Shown: positions 40,528 through 49,930, counted from the first letter of the stretch. The stretch is DNA of 64,000 nt from a virus (IMGVR_UViG_2744054517_000003:1-64000), one strand, 5' to 3'. Made by a program: numbers and translations. The notes: a model not told the origin generated them from the letters alone.

Positions 40528-42609
40528 TTAATTCGCCCATGCTTTAACGAACGCGCGCGCGATCTTTTCGATGTCTGCGTCTTCACGTATGGTCGTACCG
40601 TACATATTGACTACGATACCTCCGTTGCTGCCCTTACCACGTTGTTGATCGCGCCATTCAGACGCCTCGTGCTTCGTTAAGACCGCCTCATCACGGTGAA
40701 GTGTAGCGGGATAACCGTTCATAGGTACCCGGTCAAGTCCGCCCGCGTGCTTATTGCCAAGCTTTTTCCGCCGCTCCGCGTTATGTGCCGCCAACTGGTC
40801 GTCTGGAACACCGCCCATCCACGTAGGCAAGTGCTTATTCGTCCAGTCAAAGAATCCATTCACAGCGTCGCTCGATCCAAGAGACTTCGCTCCCTGACCA
40901 ATGTAAACATTAGATGCACCACCGCCTGCTCCTATTGCAGCCCCTGCGAGGGCACCACCAGGACCAAACAGACCGCCGACTATTGCCCCGCCGCCACCGT
41001 TAAGCACCGCACTAGCGATAGGGTCATTAGCGATCGCTTTCTGTATCCCGTCAATTAATCCAGACCCAAGTTTTAACCCGACACTCACAAACGTTGGTAC
41101 GGCTGCTTCGAGAGACGATGCCATGAACTGAACGACCTGTGCTGTCAATTTCTCTACAGCGTCTCGCCCCCCACCATTCCACCAATTGGAGAACGCCTTT
41201 TCTATCTTTTCGAAGGCGAACGCGACTTTACTTTTAATGTCTGGAAGCTTCGTAAACTCAGGGTTATTAATAAAGTTATCCTTGAGGAACGTTTTAGCGG
41301 TTGTTACTGCGCTCTCTACCGCTGCGGTAATCTGCGGAGTGTACTTAACGACAAAGTCTGCGGCAGCTTGCGCGAGCTTCTTCAGGATCGGCATCGTCGG
41401 AAGCAATGCGGAAATTCTTAAAGTTTCCAATGCTCCTTCGAATTGTTCTACCGCACCCGCTGCGTTATCCATCTTCTTGGTTGCGACTTGTAACGCGGTG
41501 ACATTCGCCATCTCCTGTTGAAATTTCTTAACGCCAGCCGCGCCTTCTTTGAAGAGGATGTTGCCCGCACGAATTGCATCGGACCCAAATATCTGATGCA
41601 AGTAGTATTGACGTTGCTCGTTCGTAAGCTTCCCGAATCGGTTCTTCAGCAAATCCGCTACTTGCGCTAGGTCTTTAATCTCACCCTTTTCGTCGTAAAA
41701 CGCAGAGTGTACGAGATTACTCGCGGTTAAGAACTTCTTCGTTTCCTTCGTGGCCTTAGCCGTACCGACCTTGAGTCCCGTCTGCGCTGCGACGTATTTC
41801 TCGATATCCTTCGTAACCGCTTGGACGGATGTGCCCGTTGACTTAATGCCCTTTTTGGACATAAATGCGAGGGCATCCGTGGTATTTACGGTCAAGAGAT
41901 TGAAGTCCTCGAACATGCCATACGCCTTGTCCGTTGCTGGAACCAAGTTGGACAGGAATGTCTTCAGCGACGTACCCGCGTCTGCGCCCTTCAGCCCGTT
42001 ATTCGCGAACAAGCCTAGCGCTGTATTCGTGTCCTTAAACGACTGCCCTACGCCATCAGCAACGGAACCGACCGCTGCCAACGAGTAACGCAAGTCGTGC
42101 ACGTCCGTAGCTGACGCATTCGCAGTACCCGCCAAGATATCCGCAGCCTGCGCCGCAGTTAAGCCGTCTTTCTTAAACGAGTTAAGCGCGGTCGACATAA
42201 TTTCCGCAGATTCCGCTAGGCCGAGTCCACCGGCCGTCGCCAAGTTAAGCGCTGCGTTAAGACCGCCCGCTTGGACTTGCGCGGTGGACATGCCCGCTTT
42301 CAACAGTTCCTCGATCCCTTGCGCGGCTTCGAGCGCACTATATTTCGTTAATGCGCCTTGTTGGAGCGCGAGTTGTTGCATGGCTTTCGTCTGCGCGTCT
42401 GTCGCGCCCGTTAACGCCTGAATCGTAGACATCTGTGACTCGAAACTCATCGCTTTCTTTACGGAGTCAGCCGCGAACGCAATCCCCGTAGTCGCAACAC
42501 CAATCCCCGTTGCTGCCACGCCAAATTTCGTCATATTACCGAATGCCTTACGTAGCGGGCGGCTCAAGTCATCTACTAAACGTAAGTGTCCTACCAGATC
42601 GAATGAAAT
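40528..42609 (-). CDS. satellite tape measure protein (TP901-type core), ~693 aa if started at ATT
   Basis: A.SFESQMS.I.ALTGAT, TKYSALEAAQGIEELLKAG, GLKGADAGTSLKT, IFGSDAIRA, KMDNAAG; C-terminal HAGGLDRVP..GY.A.LHRDEAVLT. Confidence 0.9.
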   Translation of the reverse strand: MSFDLVGHLRLVDDLSRPLRKAFGNMTKFGVAATGIGVATTGIAFAADSVKKAMSFESQMSTIQALTGATDAQTKAMQQLALQQGALTKYSALEAAQGIEELLKAGMSTAQVQAGGLNAALNLATAGGLGLAESAEIMSTALNSFKKDGLTAAQAADILAGTANASATDVHDLRYSLAAVGSVADGVGQSFKDTNTALGLFANNGLKGADAGTSLKTFLSNLVPATDKAYGMFEDFNLLTVNTTDALAFMSKKGIKSTGTSVQAVTKDIEKYVAAQTGLKVGTAKATKETKKFLTASNLVHSAFYDEKGEIKDLAQVADLLKNRFGKLTNEQRQYYLHQIFGSDAIRAGNILFKEGAAGVKKFQQEMANVTALQVATKKMDNAAGAVEQFEGALETLRISALLPTMPILKKLAQAAADFVVKYTPQITAAVESAVTTAKTFLKDNFINNPEFTKLPDIKSKVAFAFEKIEKAFSNWWNGGGRDAVEKLTAQVVQFMASSLEAAVPTFVSVGLKLGSGLIDGIQKAIANDPIASAVLNGGGGAIVGGLFGPGGALAGAAIGAGGGASNVYIGQGAKSLGSSDAVNGFFDWTNKHLPTWMGGVPDDQLAAHNAERRKKLGNKHAGGLDRVPMNGYPATLHRDEAVLTKHEASEWRDQQRGKGSNGGIVVNMYGTTIREDADIEKIARAFVKAWAN

Positions 42610-42954
42610 TTAAATCGCCGTCCTTTCGATCGCACGCACCAGGAGTTCCAACACCTTGTAAACCGCCATAGCCGGTCCTACTACGCCTTTTCCAGCCCGG
42701 ACAGCTTCGTCTACGTCGTCGATCGCGGGAAGTAGCTTCCTCATGCGGAAGCCCATTGCTTGTACACGCACCATGTCTGAAGCTTCAAACTTTGCGGCCA
42801 CTTCGTTCCATATCGCTGCCTGCTCAGGAAAACTATCTGCGAAATCATACGAACCGGGACGCTTGTGCGTTAAGACCGATTCAATCAACCGAATTATGGG
42901 CGTTACGCGCTCCATATCTGCGAGAACGCTGTCCGGTAGTTTAGACTTGCTCAT
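42610..42954 (-). CDS. hypothetical protein between chaperone and tape measure
   Basis: 114-aa ORF with AAGGGGG RBS. Confidence 0.65.
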   Translation of the reverse strand: MSKSKLPDSVLADMERVTPIIRLIESVLTHKRPGSYDFADSFPEQAAIWNEVAAKFEASDMVRVQAMGFRMRKLLPAIDDVDEAVRAGKGVVGPAMAVYKVLELLVRAIERTAI

Positions 42955-42967
42955 TCGTATTCCCCCT

Positions 42968-43506
42968 TTATCTTTGTTGCGCCGCCTTCGCTTCCCGTTC
43001 GAACTGGAGCATCATCGACGCGTACATAAACATCCGGTGTCTCCGGTCTTTCGCGTAAACCTCGTCGGGCGGGATGCCGTGACGCTGAAAGATTTCATGC
43101 AGCACGTACGATTCCCCGCCCGACTTAATTAGTTTTTTGCGTCTTGGATAAGCTCCGAGTCTCCCACGAATCCGGATAGTTTAAGCAACGCCTGTACGAG
43201 GCGGGATTGTTCGCCAGGTAACAACGCCTTCTTGACGACGTCAGCCGAATCGGACGCCTCGTAATGATCTTTCAATGCCTTATCGTTAAGGTCTGGGTCA
43301 GCTACGGCTTTAACGATGAGCAAACGGTTAAATAGCGACTCGTCGACACTGCCGTCCTTACCCGTCGTAGCCTGTGCGCGAGCCTTTTCGAGTGTGTCTT
43401 CATCCAGCGCTTTGACGATAAAATCCGTACCCAAACGAGGGATGTACACGCCTTCCTGTAAATCCGTGGTTGCTCCGAGTAGTGCGTCAAGTCTGCTTGT
43501 TGTCAT
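42968..43506 (-). CDS. XkdN-like tail assembly chaperone (43129-43506) with -1 frameshift extension to 42968
   Basis: V.DPDL.D..L...Y.A....DVVKKALLPGE...LSGF...DAKN; AAAAAAC at 43132-43138; -1 frame KLIKSGGESYVLHEIFQRHGIPPDEVY...QQR*. Confidence 0.85.
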
Positions 43507-43580
43507 ATAATCAGCCTCCGTATGGTATTTTTGGAAAACAAAAAGAGGCCCCGAAGGACCTCCGTGATATCGCTATTTAC

Positions 43581-44678
43581 TTACGCGGTCAGCCCTTTGA
43601 TACGGGCGTGTGCCTTCTCTTGCTCAAACTCTAGTGTGTACTCTCCGACGATGATACCGGACTGATAATCGCCTTTGACGCCAAGATACGTATGACCAAA
43701 GGAGCGGTTGCCGAGTGGTCGAATCTTAATCCGATTCGCGTCGATAAACAGAATCTCGTCTGGCTTCAGGTTATCGTTTAACACGACTTGGAACGTACCG
43801 AAGTCATTGACGATGTGGTCGACTTTCTGGCCGCGACTATTCTCTGCTTGTGTCAAACGGATTTGCGTAAATGCCATGTCGCTAATTGCGCGCTTCTGCA
43901 CGGCAGGAACAACGAACGTATAGCCTGCGCTTCCTGTGGCAAAACCGCCCGCATTGTAGACTTGTTGCGCCACGTCATCGAGCAGCTTTTTCGTAACTGG
44001 TCCGCCCGCAGTGGTCACGTTAGTCTCGATGAAGCTACGGATGCCGCGCATTGTGCGCATATCCCCGCTATCAAATTTGCGACCGCCGATAATGGCTTTC
44101 TCAAGTTGGAGCGCAAGTTCAAGCTGCTTCTTCGCCTTCTCATATGCGTAAAGGCCGCTTGACCCTATGCCATACTGCGCAACTGCTTCCGCCGAACCGG
44201 TTACACTAACCGTGTCTTCAAAAATCTGCGTTACGTTGTCTACTTTTGTTTTGGACTTATACCGTGCGTCGCGTGCATCAGCACCTTCTCGGCTGTCTCC
44301 ATAAAGAGACTCAATCGGAGCATCTTTTGCAATTGCAGCAGCCGTTGTGCCACTATGCCCCCGGACAACCGTAATCTTATTCGCGGTAGTATCCACAGAT
44401 TGGATCAGTACTAGCTCATCGCCTACCTCCGCAATCGTGTGCGGTCGGAATGGCTCGGTGCTGGCTACTTTGATCTCCGTTGCGTCCGCAGCAGCGGCGG
44501 CAGTGACCGTCGTTCGTGTCGCAAACATCGCATCTTCTAGCCAAACGTGCGTAGTTGATGTAACTGGCTGGCTGAAGCCGAGTAAATTCAACATCGGCGT
44601 TTGTGTTGGGTTAAGTAGCAGAATTTCATCAGTTACAGATTCACGTTTACCTACCAAGTCAGTTGTATAAATTGTCAT
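43581..44678 (-). CDS. major capsid protein (DUF5309/SU10-like)
   Basis: GKRESVTDEILLLNP.QTP, H.WLED, N.TQIF...VSV.GS, LEKA.I.G, R.M.GI..FI, I.GEYTLE...EKAHA. Confidence 0.85.
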   Translation of the reverse strand: MTIYTTDLVGKRESVTDEILLLNPTQTPMLNLLGFSQPVTSTTHVWLEDAMFATRTTVTAAAAADATEIKVASTEPFRPHTIAEVGDELVLIQSVDTTANKITVVRGHSGTTAAAIAKDAPIESLYGDSREGADARDARYKSKTKVDNVTQIFEDTVSVTGSAEAVAQYGIGSSGLYAYEKAKKQLELALQLEKAIIGGRKFDSGDMRTMRGIRSFIETNVTTAGGPVTKKLLDDVAQQVYNAGGFATGSAGYTFVVPAVQKRAISDMAFTQIRLTQAENSRGQKVDHIVNDFGTFQVVLNDNLKPDEILFIDANRIKIRPLGNRSFGHTYLGVKGDYQSGIIVGEYTLEFEQEKAHARIKGLTA

Positions 44679-44693
44679 AATAAATTCCCCCTA

Positions 44694-45146
44694 TTAATTT
44701 TGTGATTTAAGTTTACTTTTGAGTTCCATATACTCAACCATGTCTTCCGGACGCCCGGTACGCTTAGCCTTTTCCGCTGCTGTCGCAAGTCGCTGTTCAC
44801 TCGTCTTTTCGGCTCGCTCACCATAATTGGGCGCAAACGGGCCTCCTATAGAACGCGGTTCCCTTGGTTTAGCGGCGGAGGTAAACGCGGTCAGGATTTC
44901 ATCAATCCCCTGCGCTTGCCCTGCGTCATCAAACGTTACAGCGGAAAGATTTACGATACCCGCCAGTGCGTCCGGATCGTCAATCCCTGCTGCTCTTGCC
45001 TTCCGATAGAAGGCGTTACTGACACGTTGACTGTGTAGCTCCGTTGTCAACGTTTCGAGCCGCTGTGTGAGCTCTGCGCGTTCATCCTCCCACGTTGGTT
45101 CTTGCGTTTGTTCTTCCGGAATCTCCGGATTTGTTACGTCCTCCAC
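44694..45146 (-). CDS. capsid scaffolding protein
   Basis: acidic N-terminus, coiled coil, NAF...A..AGI, C-terminal AAEKAKRTGR.ED...Y..LK; directly upstream of MCP. Confidence 0.75.
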   Translation of the reverse strand: MEDVTNPEIPEEQTQEPTWEDERAELTQRLETLTTELHSQRVSNAFYRKARAAGIDDPDALAGIVNLSAVTFDDAGQAQGIDEILTAFTSAAKPREPRSIGGPFAPNYGERAEKTSEQRLATAAEKAKRTGRPEDMVEYMELKSKLKSQN

Positions 45147-45251
45147 GTATACCGCTCCTTTACCATTTAAATTTCATGTGTCTGAACCACGTAAAACCTC
45201 GTGGCGTCATTAGCCGTTTTATTGCCGGGGTAATCATCGGACTCACCTCCC

Positions 45252-45533
45252 TCACGCTGATTCCTCTGTTACGGTAATTATTTGTAGTGCTCGATCGGCT
45301 GCACCCGGAACGTTTGAATGAAGCCGAATACTCTTACCGACAAACAATCCCTGCGCAACGACCTCGTCAAAAGCGGAAACTATCGCGCCAGCTCCAGCCT
45401 CGATTGGATCATCGCTATCTTCGGGAATCGGTTTACTACCTTGTAGAATCGGCCACCCAACGGATGAGTCAACGTAGACAAAGTCACGGCCAAAGTTCCG
45501 CTCATGCTCAATCGTCGGTAATCCCTTGCTCAT
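45252..45533 (-). CDS. hypothetical protein
   Basis: 93-aa ORF with GGGGAG RBS. Confidence 0.5.
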   Translation of the reverse strand: MSKGLPTIEHERNFGRDFVYVDSSVGWPILQGSKPIPEDSDDPIEAGAGAIVSAFDEVVAQGLFVGKSIRLHSNVPGAADRALQIITVTEESA

Positions 45534-45691
45534 TTCCGTCTCCCCTTTCGTCTACGTCTCCGTTCCTCTTCCGCAATCATAGGCGCAGCAAATCGAATCC
45601 ATGCGCGGGATACGGAGTCACCGAATGTAATATTGGTACCGTCAGCGAACGTTACGACTGTGTGATACTGGTTAACCCCGTTGTTTAACAT
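45530..45691 (-). CDS. small 53-aa ORF with basic C-terminus
   Basis: AAAGGA RBS; MLNNGVNQYHTVVTFADG...EERRRRRKGRRK; ATGA overlap with next gene. Confidence 0.45.
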   Translation of the reverse strand: MLNNGVNQYHTVVTFADGTNITFGDSVSRAWIRFAAPMIAEEERRRRRKGRRK

Positions 45692-45753
45692 GTTCGCGTT
45701 TTCCTTTCGTAATTTAAAGTATTAAAGTGTTGGTATAAAAATAAAGACGCCTG

Positions 45754-45984
45754 TTAAAGCGCCAGTTTAGTTGATTCCTTTGCTCGCTGAATTGCAGCTA
45801 AAACGTCGTCTCCCGTTCCGAAAACCTGCGCGATCTTGATTCGCAGGTCTCGGGAAACCGTTCGACGGCCGTTTTCAACGTCTGATATGCAAGACTGACT
45901 CACGGCTAAAGCCTCCGCGAAACTTGCCTGCGTCATGCCGACCATAACGCGAATGCCACGAACTCCCGTTCCGTCCATTATCAC
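45754..45984 (-). CDS. XRE-family HTH protein
   Basis: MTQASFAEALAVSQSCISDVENGRR. Confidence 0.85.
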   Translation of the reverse strand: MIMDGTGVRGIRVMVGMTQASFAEALAVSQSCISDVENGRRTVSRDLRIKIAQVFGTGDDVLAAIQRAKESTKLAL

Positions 45985-46059
45985 AGACCCCCTTGTCCTA
46001 TTTGTAATAACGCCTGTCCCTTAAATAAAATTAACGGGAACGTTAGTTCCCTTCCCAAC

Positions 46060-47019
46060 TTAGGCGGAAATGTGGACAGTACGGGGCTTGCGGCATTCTA
46101 CAAACTCCTCTGTCAATGGTTGTTCGTACATGTTATACGTGACTACTGGTCCCCACCATATGGAGTGTTCATTGCCCTTGTATTTGTTCCGGTTACTCGT
46201 CCACCTATATTCCCCATCCAGGTAACCCGCGTTCTCAGTTCCCTTCTTATCTACGAGCTGCGCAGTATTCTTTCGACCGTGCCCTTCCTTCCGCTTCTTC
46301 GCATCAATCATATTCGCAATTTTCTTTGGATTTCCGAATGACCGCTCAGAGCGCTCCTGTAGGTCCTCCATCTCCTGGGGATTGTAGAAACCGTACTCCA
46401 TTTGCGTGCGATTTCGCTCACCCTCAAGTTTGACAGTTCCGTATCTGTCGTGGCGTTCCCACAGCGTCTTAGATACTCGGCGGCAACTAGGTCCGCAGTC
46501 CACTTTACTCGCGCGGCCCTCGAAAGGGTAACGGCATACACGACATAGCTTGACGCCCATTTTCTCGGCGATACCCTCTGCGTCAGCCTCACAGTAAATC
46601 CGTACATTGTGCTTCCTCATGAAGTCTCGCGCGCCCTCCCCTGGCGGAACATCAACGTCACGATCACGAGGTTTGTCGTATGGATCGCGTAAAATTGATA
46701 ACCCGTTAACGTGATCCTCAGCGAGAACATAATCCGCCAGCCGTTCCAAGCGCTGTTTATCGAGCCGCGTCCGAAACCTGCTGTCACCGCCTATGTGAGC
46801 ATCGAAATAATAAGCGTCATATAATTCGACCATTGTCTCCGCTATCTTCAGCCTCAGCTCAAGCGGATGCTTAGCGTAGGCCCGGTAGTTGGCACGTGTC
46901 CAGTTCGGGAACAATTCGCAGGAGTCTCCAGAATAATCATATCTGTCTACGTCTGGCGTAACGATGAGCTCAAGTTGTGGGCTATGTTGGTACTCAACTA
47001 ACTTTTTGGCTGCTTCCAT
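46060..47019 (-). CDS. phage protein with C4 zinc-finger-like motif
   Basis: LERLADYVL; CRVC..PF......DCGPSCR. Confidence 0.65.
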   Translation of the reverse strand: MEAAKKLVEYQHSPQLELIVTPDVDRYDYSGDSCELFPNWTRANYRAYAKHPLELRLKIAETMVELYDAYYFDAHIGGDSRFRTRLDKQRLERLADYVLAEDHVNGLSILRDPYDKPRDRDVDVPPGEGARDFMRKHNVRIYCEADAEGIAEKMGVKLCRVCRYPFEGRASKVDCGPSCRRVSKTLWERHDRYGTVKLEGERNRTQMEYGFYNPQEMEDLQERSERSFGNPKKIANMIDAKKRKEGHGRKNTAQLVDKKGTENAGYLDGEYRWTSNRNKYKGNEHSIWWGPVVTYNMYEQPLTEEFVECRKPRTVHISA

Positions 47020-47222
47020 CTAATCCCCTCCTATATGGAAACTTAATATTTTGATATCCGCGTATCTGTTGTTCTTCCTTGGTAGAAGTTTTCACGCAAA
47101 AATCTATATGTGACTATCTCAATGCGCGTATGATACTTCGCTAGGAATGAGCGTAAGCGAATGACGACGCGTGAGGGATAGTGGTCTTCTATCCCGAAAC
47201 AGGATTGGCTCGGTATTATTTG

Positions 47223-47334
47223 TTTCTCTTTTACGTATTTCTCTTTTACACCTTTCTCTTTTTACCGTGTGATCTGATCATACTAGGCGTGATACGATCT
47301 GACCGTACTTACCGTAGTGTGATCTGATCGTACT
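47223..47334. repeat. iteron-like repeats, candidate replication origin
   Basis: TTTCTCTTTT(T)AC at 47223, 47238, 47253 (15-bp period) and GATCTGAYCRTACT at 47271, 47296, 47321 (25-bp period), just downstream of rep-like genes. Confidence 0.75.
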
Positions 47335-47860
47335 AAGCGGAGTGACGGGCGTTTCGGCGTGTTACCGAACCATAAATACTCAAGTCCGGCTCAATTACCG
47401 TTCCTTCCTCGTCAACGATGTATCCGTCATCAGTGATTCGCGGGCAGTATGACGGGAAATACCATTTGAAGCGCCGTGTACCCTCGTACCGGGTAGCTGT
47501 GCGAATAATTCCATTGGTCTCCAGAATATCCGCAAGCAATTTAATCCGCGAGCGGTCAATCCTAAGCGTAGACATCAAGGTCTCATACGATATAAAGCAC
47601 GCCCCAAATCTGTCGTTAAGCGTTCCGTCGCTACGGAGATGGTTTCCATCAATATACGATTGCAATGTAAAGTAGAATGCCACGATATCCCTAATTTCCG
47701 GTTTACGCTGCCTACCTGCGTACACGATATCGAGCGTTTCATTAATAATTCGCGGGAATACCTTACGTACGAGGTCGCGGTTGTAAACCTCAAACCCGCG
47801 AGGGTCATCAAGAAGAGATACCTTATCGTTGGGAAGCGGATTACGGTTTCTTTCGGTCAT
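47333..47860 (-). CDS. putative replication protein (winged-helix initiator-like)
   Basis: FGACFISYETL...LRIDR..IK....ILETNGII. Confidence 0.6.
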   Translation of the reverse strand: MTERNRNPLPNDKVSLLDDPRGFEVYNRDLVRKVFPRIINETLDIVYAGRQRKPEIRDIVAFYFTLQSYIDGNHLRSDGTLNDRFGACFISYETLMSTLRIDRSRIKLLADILETNGIIRTATRYEGTRRFKWYFPSYCPRITDDGYIVDEEGTVIEPDLSIYGSVTRRNARHSA

Positions 47861-48489
47861 TTCGACATCTCCTCTATTTCGTATTTCTCGTAAAATTCCG
47901 CATACGTCAGCGACTCAAGCGGTTCGTATATGAGCTTGTTCGGAATGCGATCGGACTTTGTGACGTTGAGCAAACCGTAACGGCAAAGCGTAGCCGTGTG
48001 CTGGCGTATTTTGTACGGAGATAGCCCCGTTTGCGCCTCTATTTCGCGTTGATTTAGCCACGTTTTACCGTATAATCGGTGGCTCGGCTTGTTTTGGCAC
48101 CAGGAACGTAAATAACCGTAAAAGCCCGCCGTTTCCACGGTAAAAACTTCGAGTTTCGGATACAGCCGGTAAAGGATGACAGGGACCTTAACGAAGCGAT
48201 TATCGGTTTCGTGCGAGATTACTAAATCTACGCTCTCCCATTGCTCCGTAATCTTCCTAATCAGAGTTCGGACAATTCTCCTATGCTCCTGGGTTTTCGG
48301 CGCGACAATAAATCCTCCTTGGAAATCCGTAATTACTTCATCATCACAAGATATTGTTAGTTTGAATACTCTACTGTTCATGATCCCATGAGTAGAAGGG
48401 CTATCGGATATTTTTGCCCCAAAATCATAGGACCCTATCTTGCCGCGGTACCAATGGAGCTCATTTGCCTTTTTAATTTCAAATTCCAT
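47857..48489 (-). CDS. putative replication initiator with C-terminal winged helix
   Basis: FVKVP..LY, FYGYL, W..QREI...TGLS...I......L..YGLL.V.K. Confidence 0.6.
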   Translation of the reverse strand: MEFEIKKANELHWYRGKIGSYDFGAKISDSPSTHGIMNSRVFKLTISCDDEVITDFQGGFIVAPKTQEHRRIVRTLIRKITEQWESVDLVISHETDNRFVKVPVILYRLYPKLEVFTVETAGFYGYLRSWCQNKPSHRLYGKTWLNQREIEAQTGLSPYKIRQHTATLCRYGLLNVTKSDRIPNKLIYEPLESLTYAEFYEKYEIEEMSK

Positions 48490-48560
48490 AATCTATCTTC
48501 CCCTTTTAGTTGGTATTTTGAGCGACAGTCCACAACGGAGCCGCCGCGTTGTAGAACCAA

Positions 48561-49007
48561 TTAATACGTAAAGTAATACTCTCCTCCAGATTTCTCGCAT
48601 AGCTCAATAGCGAGGTCTACGTTAAGATCAAGGCACCCTGTATCAATCTCCGCTACCTTTGTATACTCCTTCTTTCTAATCTCAATCTTCCCGGTGCCGC
48701 CGAGTTCTTGGTCAATTAAATAATCTGCGTTCTGAAAGGCTCTGCTTTCCTCGCACACGATCTCGTAAAGTTTAAGAGCGAAGCACATCTCGTATGCTTT
48801 TTCAATGATGTTGGAAGATCGTACCGGCCGGCCCATTTCGAAACGACGAAGCGTACTTGTACTGATTCCGAGTTTACAAGAGACTTCTTCGAGCGTGAGT
48901 CCATCCGCCTGACGCCGCTCCTTAAAACGCGCCCCCTTCTCCGCCCATTCTCCGGCTTTCTTAGCTACGTACTGCTCTCGTGTCAACAATGCATTTGTCA
49001 TAATCAA
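48561..49007 (-). CDS. XRE-family HTH protein
   Basis: GLTLEEVS.KLGISTSTLRRFEMG. Confidence 0.8.
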   Translation of the reverse strand: MIMTNALLTREQYVAKKAGEWAEKGARFKERRQADGLTLEEVSCKLGISTSTLRRFEMGRPVRSSNIIEKAYEMCFALKLYEIVCEESRAFQNADYLIDQELGGTGKIEIRKKEYTKVAEIDTGCLDLNVDLAIELCEKSGGEYYFTY

Positions 49008-49049
49008 ATCGCTCCCTTTTCGTTTGGTTTTATGAAATGCGGTTTCCCG

Positions 49050-49530
49050 CGGTCTACCTAGTTAACCGAATGCGCGTCGTCGTTACGCACACATTTACGC
49101 AGTGTTTTCCGTCCTACAGTATCTTGCTGCCGGTCACTCGCGTTTCGCACATCGACTTACACTACTTTGTTTCCAGCGGAATGAGTTTCGCGTAGGTGAG
49201 CGTAATGTTTTTCCGCCTTATACTGTATTAACTACAACGGATGTCCCCTTCGCACATCTGCCTTTCATCTACTTCAACGGATGAGAAATCTCGTCTCGCA
49301 CACTTTTCCGAAAATTCTCGGCCGTACACATACTTCAACGCCGCCCAACAGCTCGTGACACACTTTTGAGGAAATTTATTTTCGTCCACCATAGTTAACA
49401 CGTCGGCCGATGACCGTTTCGCACATCGGATACTGTATTATCTACAACGAATTTTGATTCCGCACAGTCCTGTGAGAATTTTTCCCCCCTATATATGATA
49501 AGGACACAAAATCGCCAAAATGGGGCACGC
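49050..49530 (-). repeat. array of about 8 degenerate bipartite motifs (TGTGCG-N17-20-GTTRA... on minus strand)
   Basis: CGCACA or close variants at 49086, 49146, 49189, 49251, 49297, 49357, 49420, 49461, each preceded by a TAGTTAAC/TACTTCAAC/TGTATTAAC-like box. Confidence 0.7.
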
Positions 49531-49552
49531 TAAAAACTTTTTTCGTTATTTC

Positions 49553-49578
49553 TGAAACCAACGGAACTCACGTTCGTA
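49553..49578 (+). promoter_or_regulatory. ECF-sigma-type promoter TGAAAC-N16-CGTA
   Basis: exact match to the B. subtilis sigmaW consensus, with A/T tracts upstream; no ORF downstream. Confidence 0.5.
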
Positions 49579-49589
49579 TTACTGGATAT

Positions 49590-49930
49590 AACAAGCAGAC
49601 GATCGGTGCCTGAACCGGATTTACCGGCCGATCGTCCGAGGATGAAAAATCTATGTGAACTACGCCTGCCTAACGGATATTGCCGTATCCGGACGTAGGA
49701 ATTATCGAAGTCGGCCGGTAGTTGGGACGTTGGCGCGTCCTTTCACTACCGACCGGGATTGCCGAGCATTTGGCGCTACTCAGCATTAAAGCAGCGACCT
49801 GTTAGCGCAGGCCGAGCGTCCGCATAGCGACCTCTCCGATTGACGTCGGAAAGTACGGACATTTGATTGGACCGCTCGTTGGCGCGAGGCGGCCGACCTG
49901 GTAGGGTGTTAAACCGTCTCCTCCCCATTG
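49590..49930 (+). ncRNA. candidate structured non-coding RNA with repeated TTGGCG/TTAGCG-loop hairpins
   Basis: GACGATCGG/CCGATCGTC stem; GGACG-TTGGCG-CGTCC, CCTG-TTAGCG-CAGG, CTCG-TTGGCG-CGAG; no ORF. Confidence 0.45.

Noticed and set aside
49050-49530. CRISPR or TIGR-type guide array
   Set aside because: Units are degenerate, the period is irregular (41-63 bp), and no cas or Nop-domain gene is recognisable
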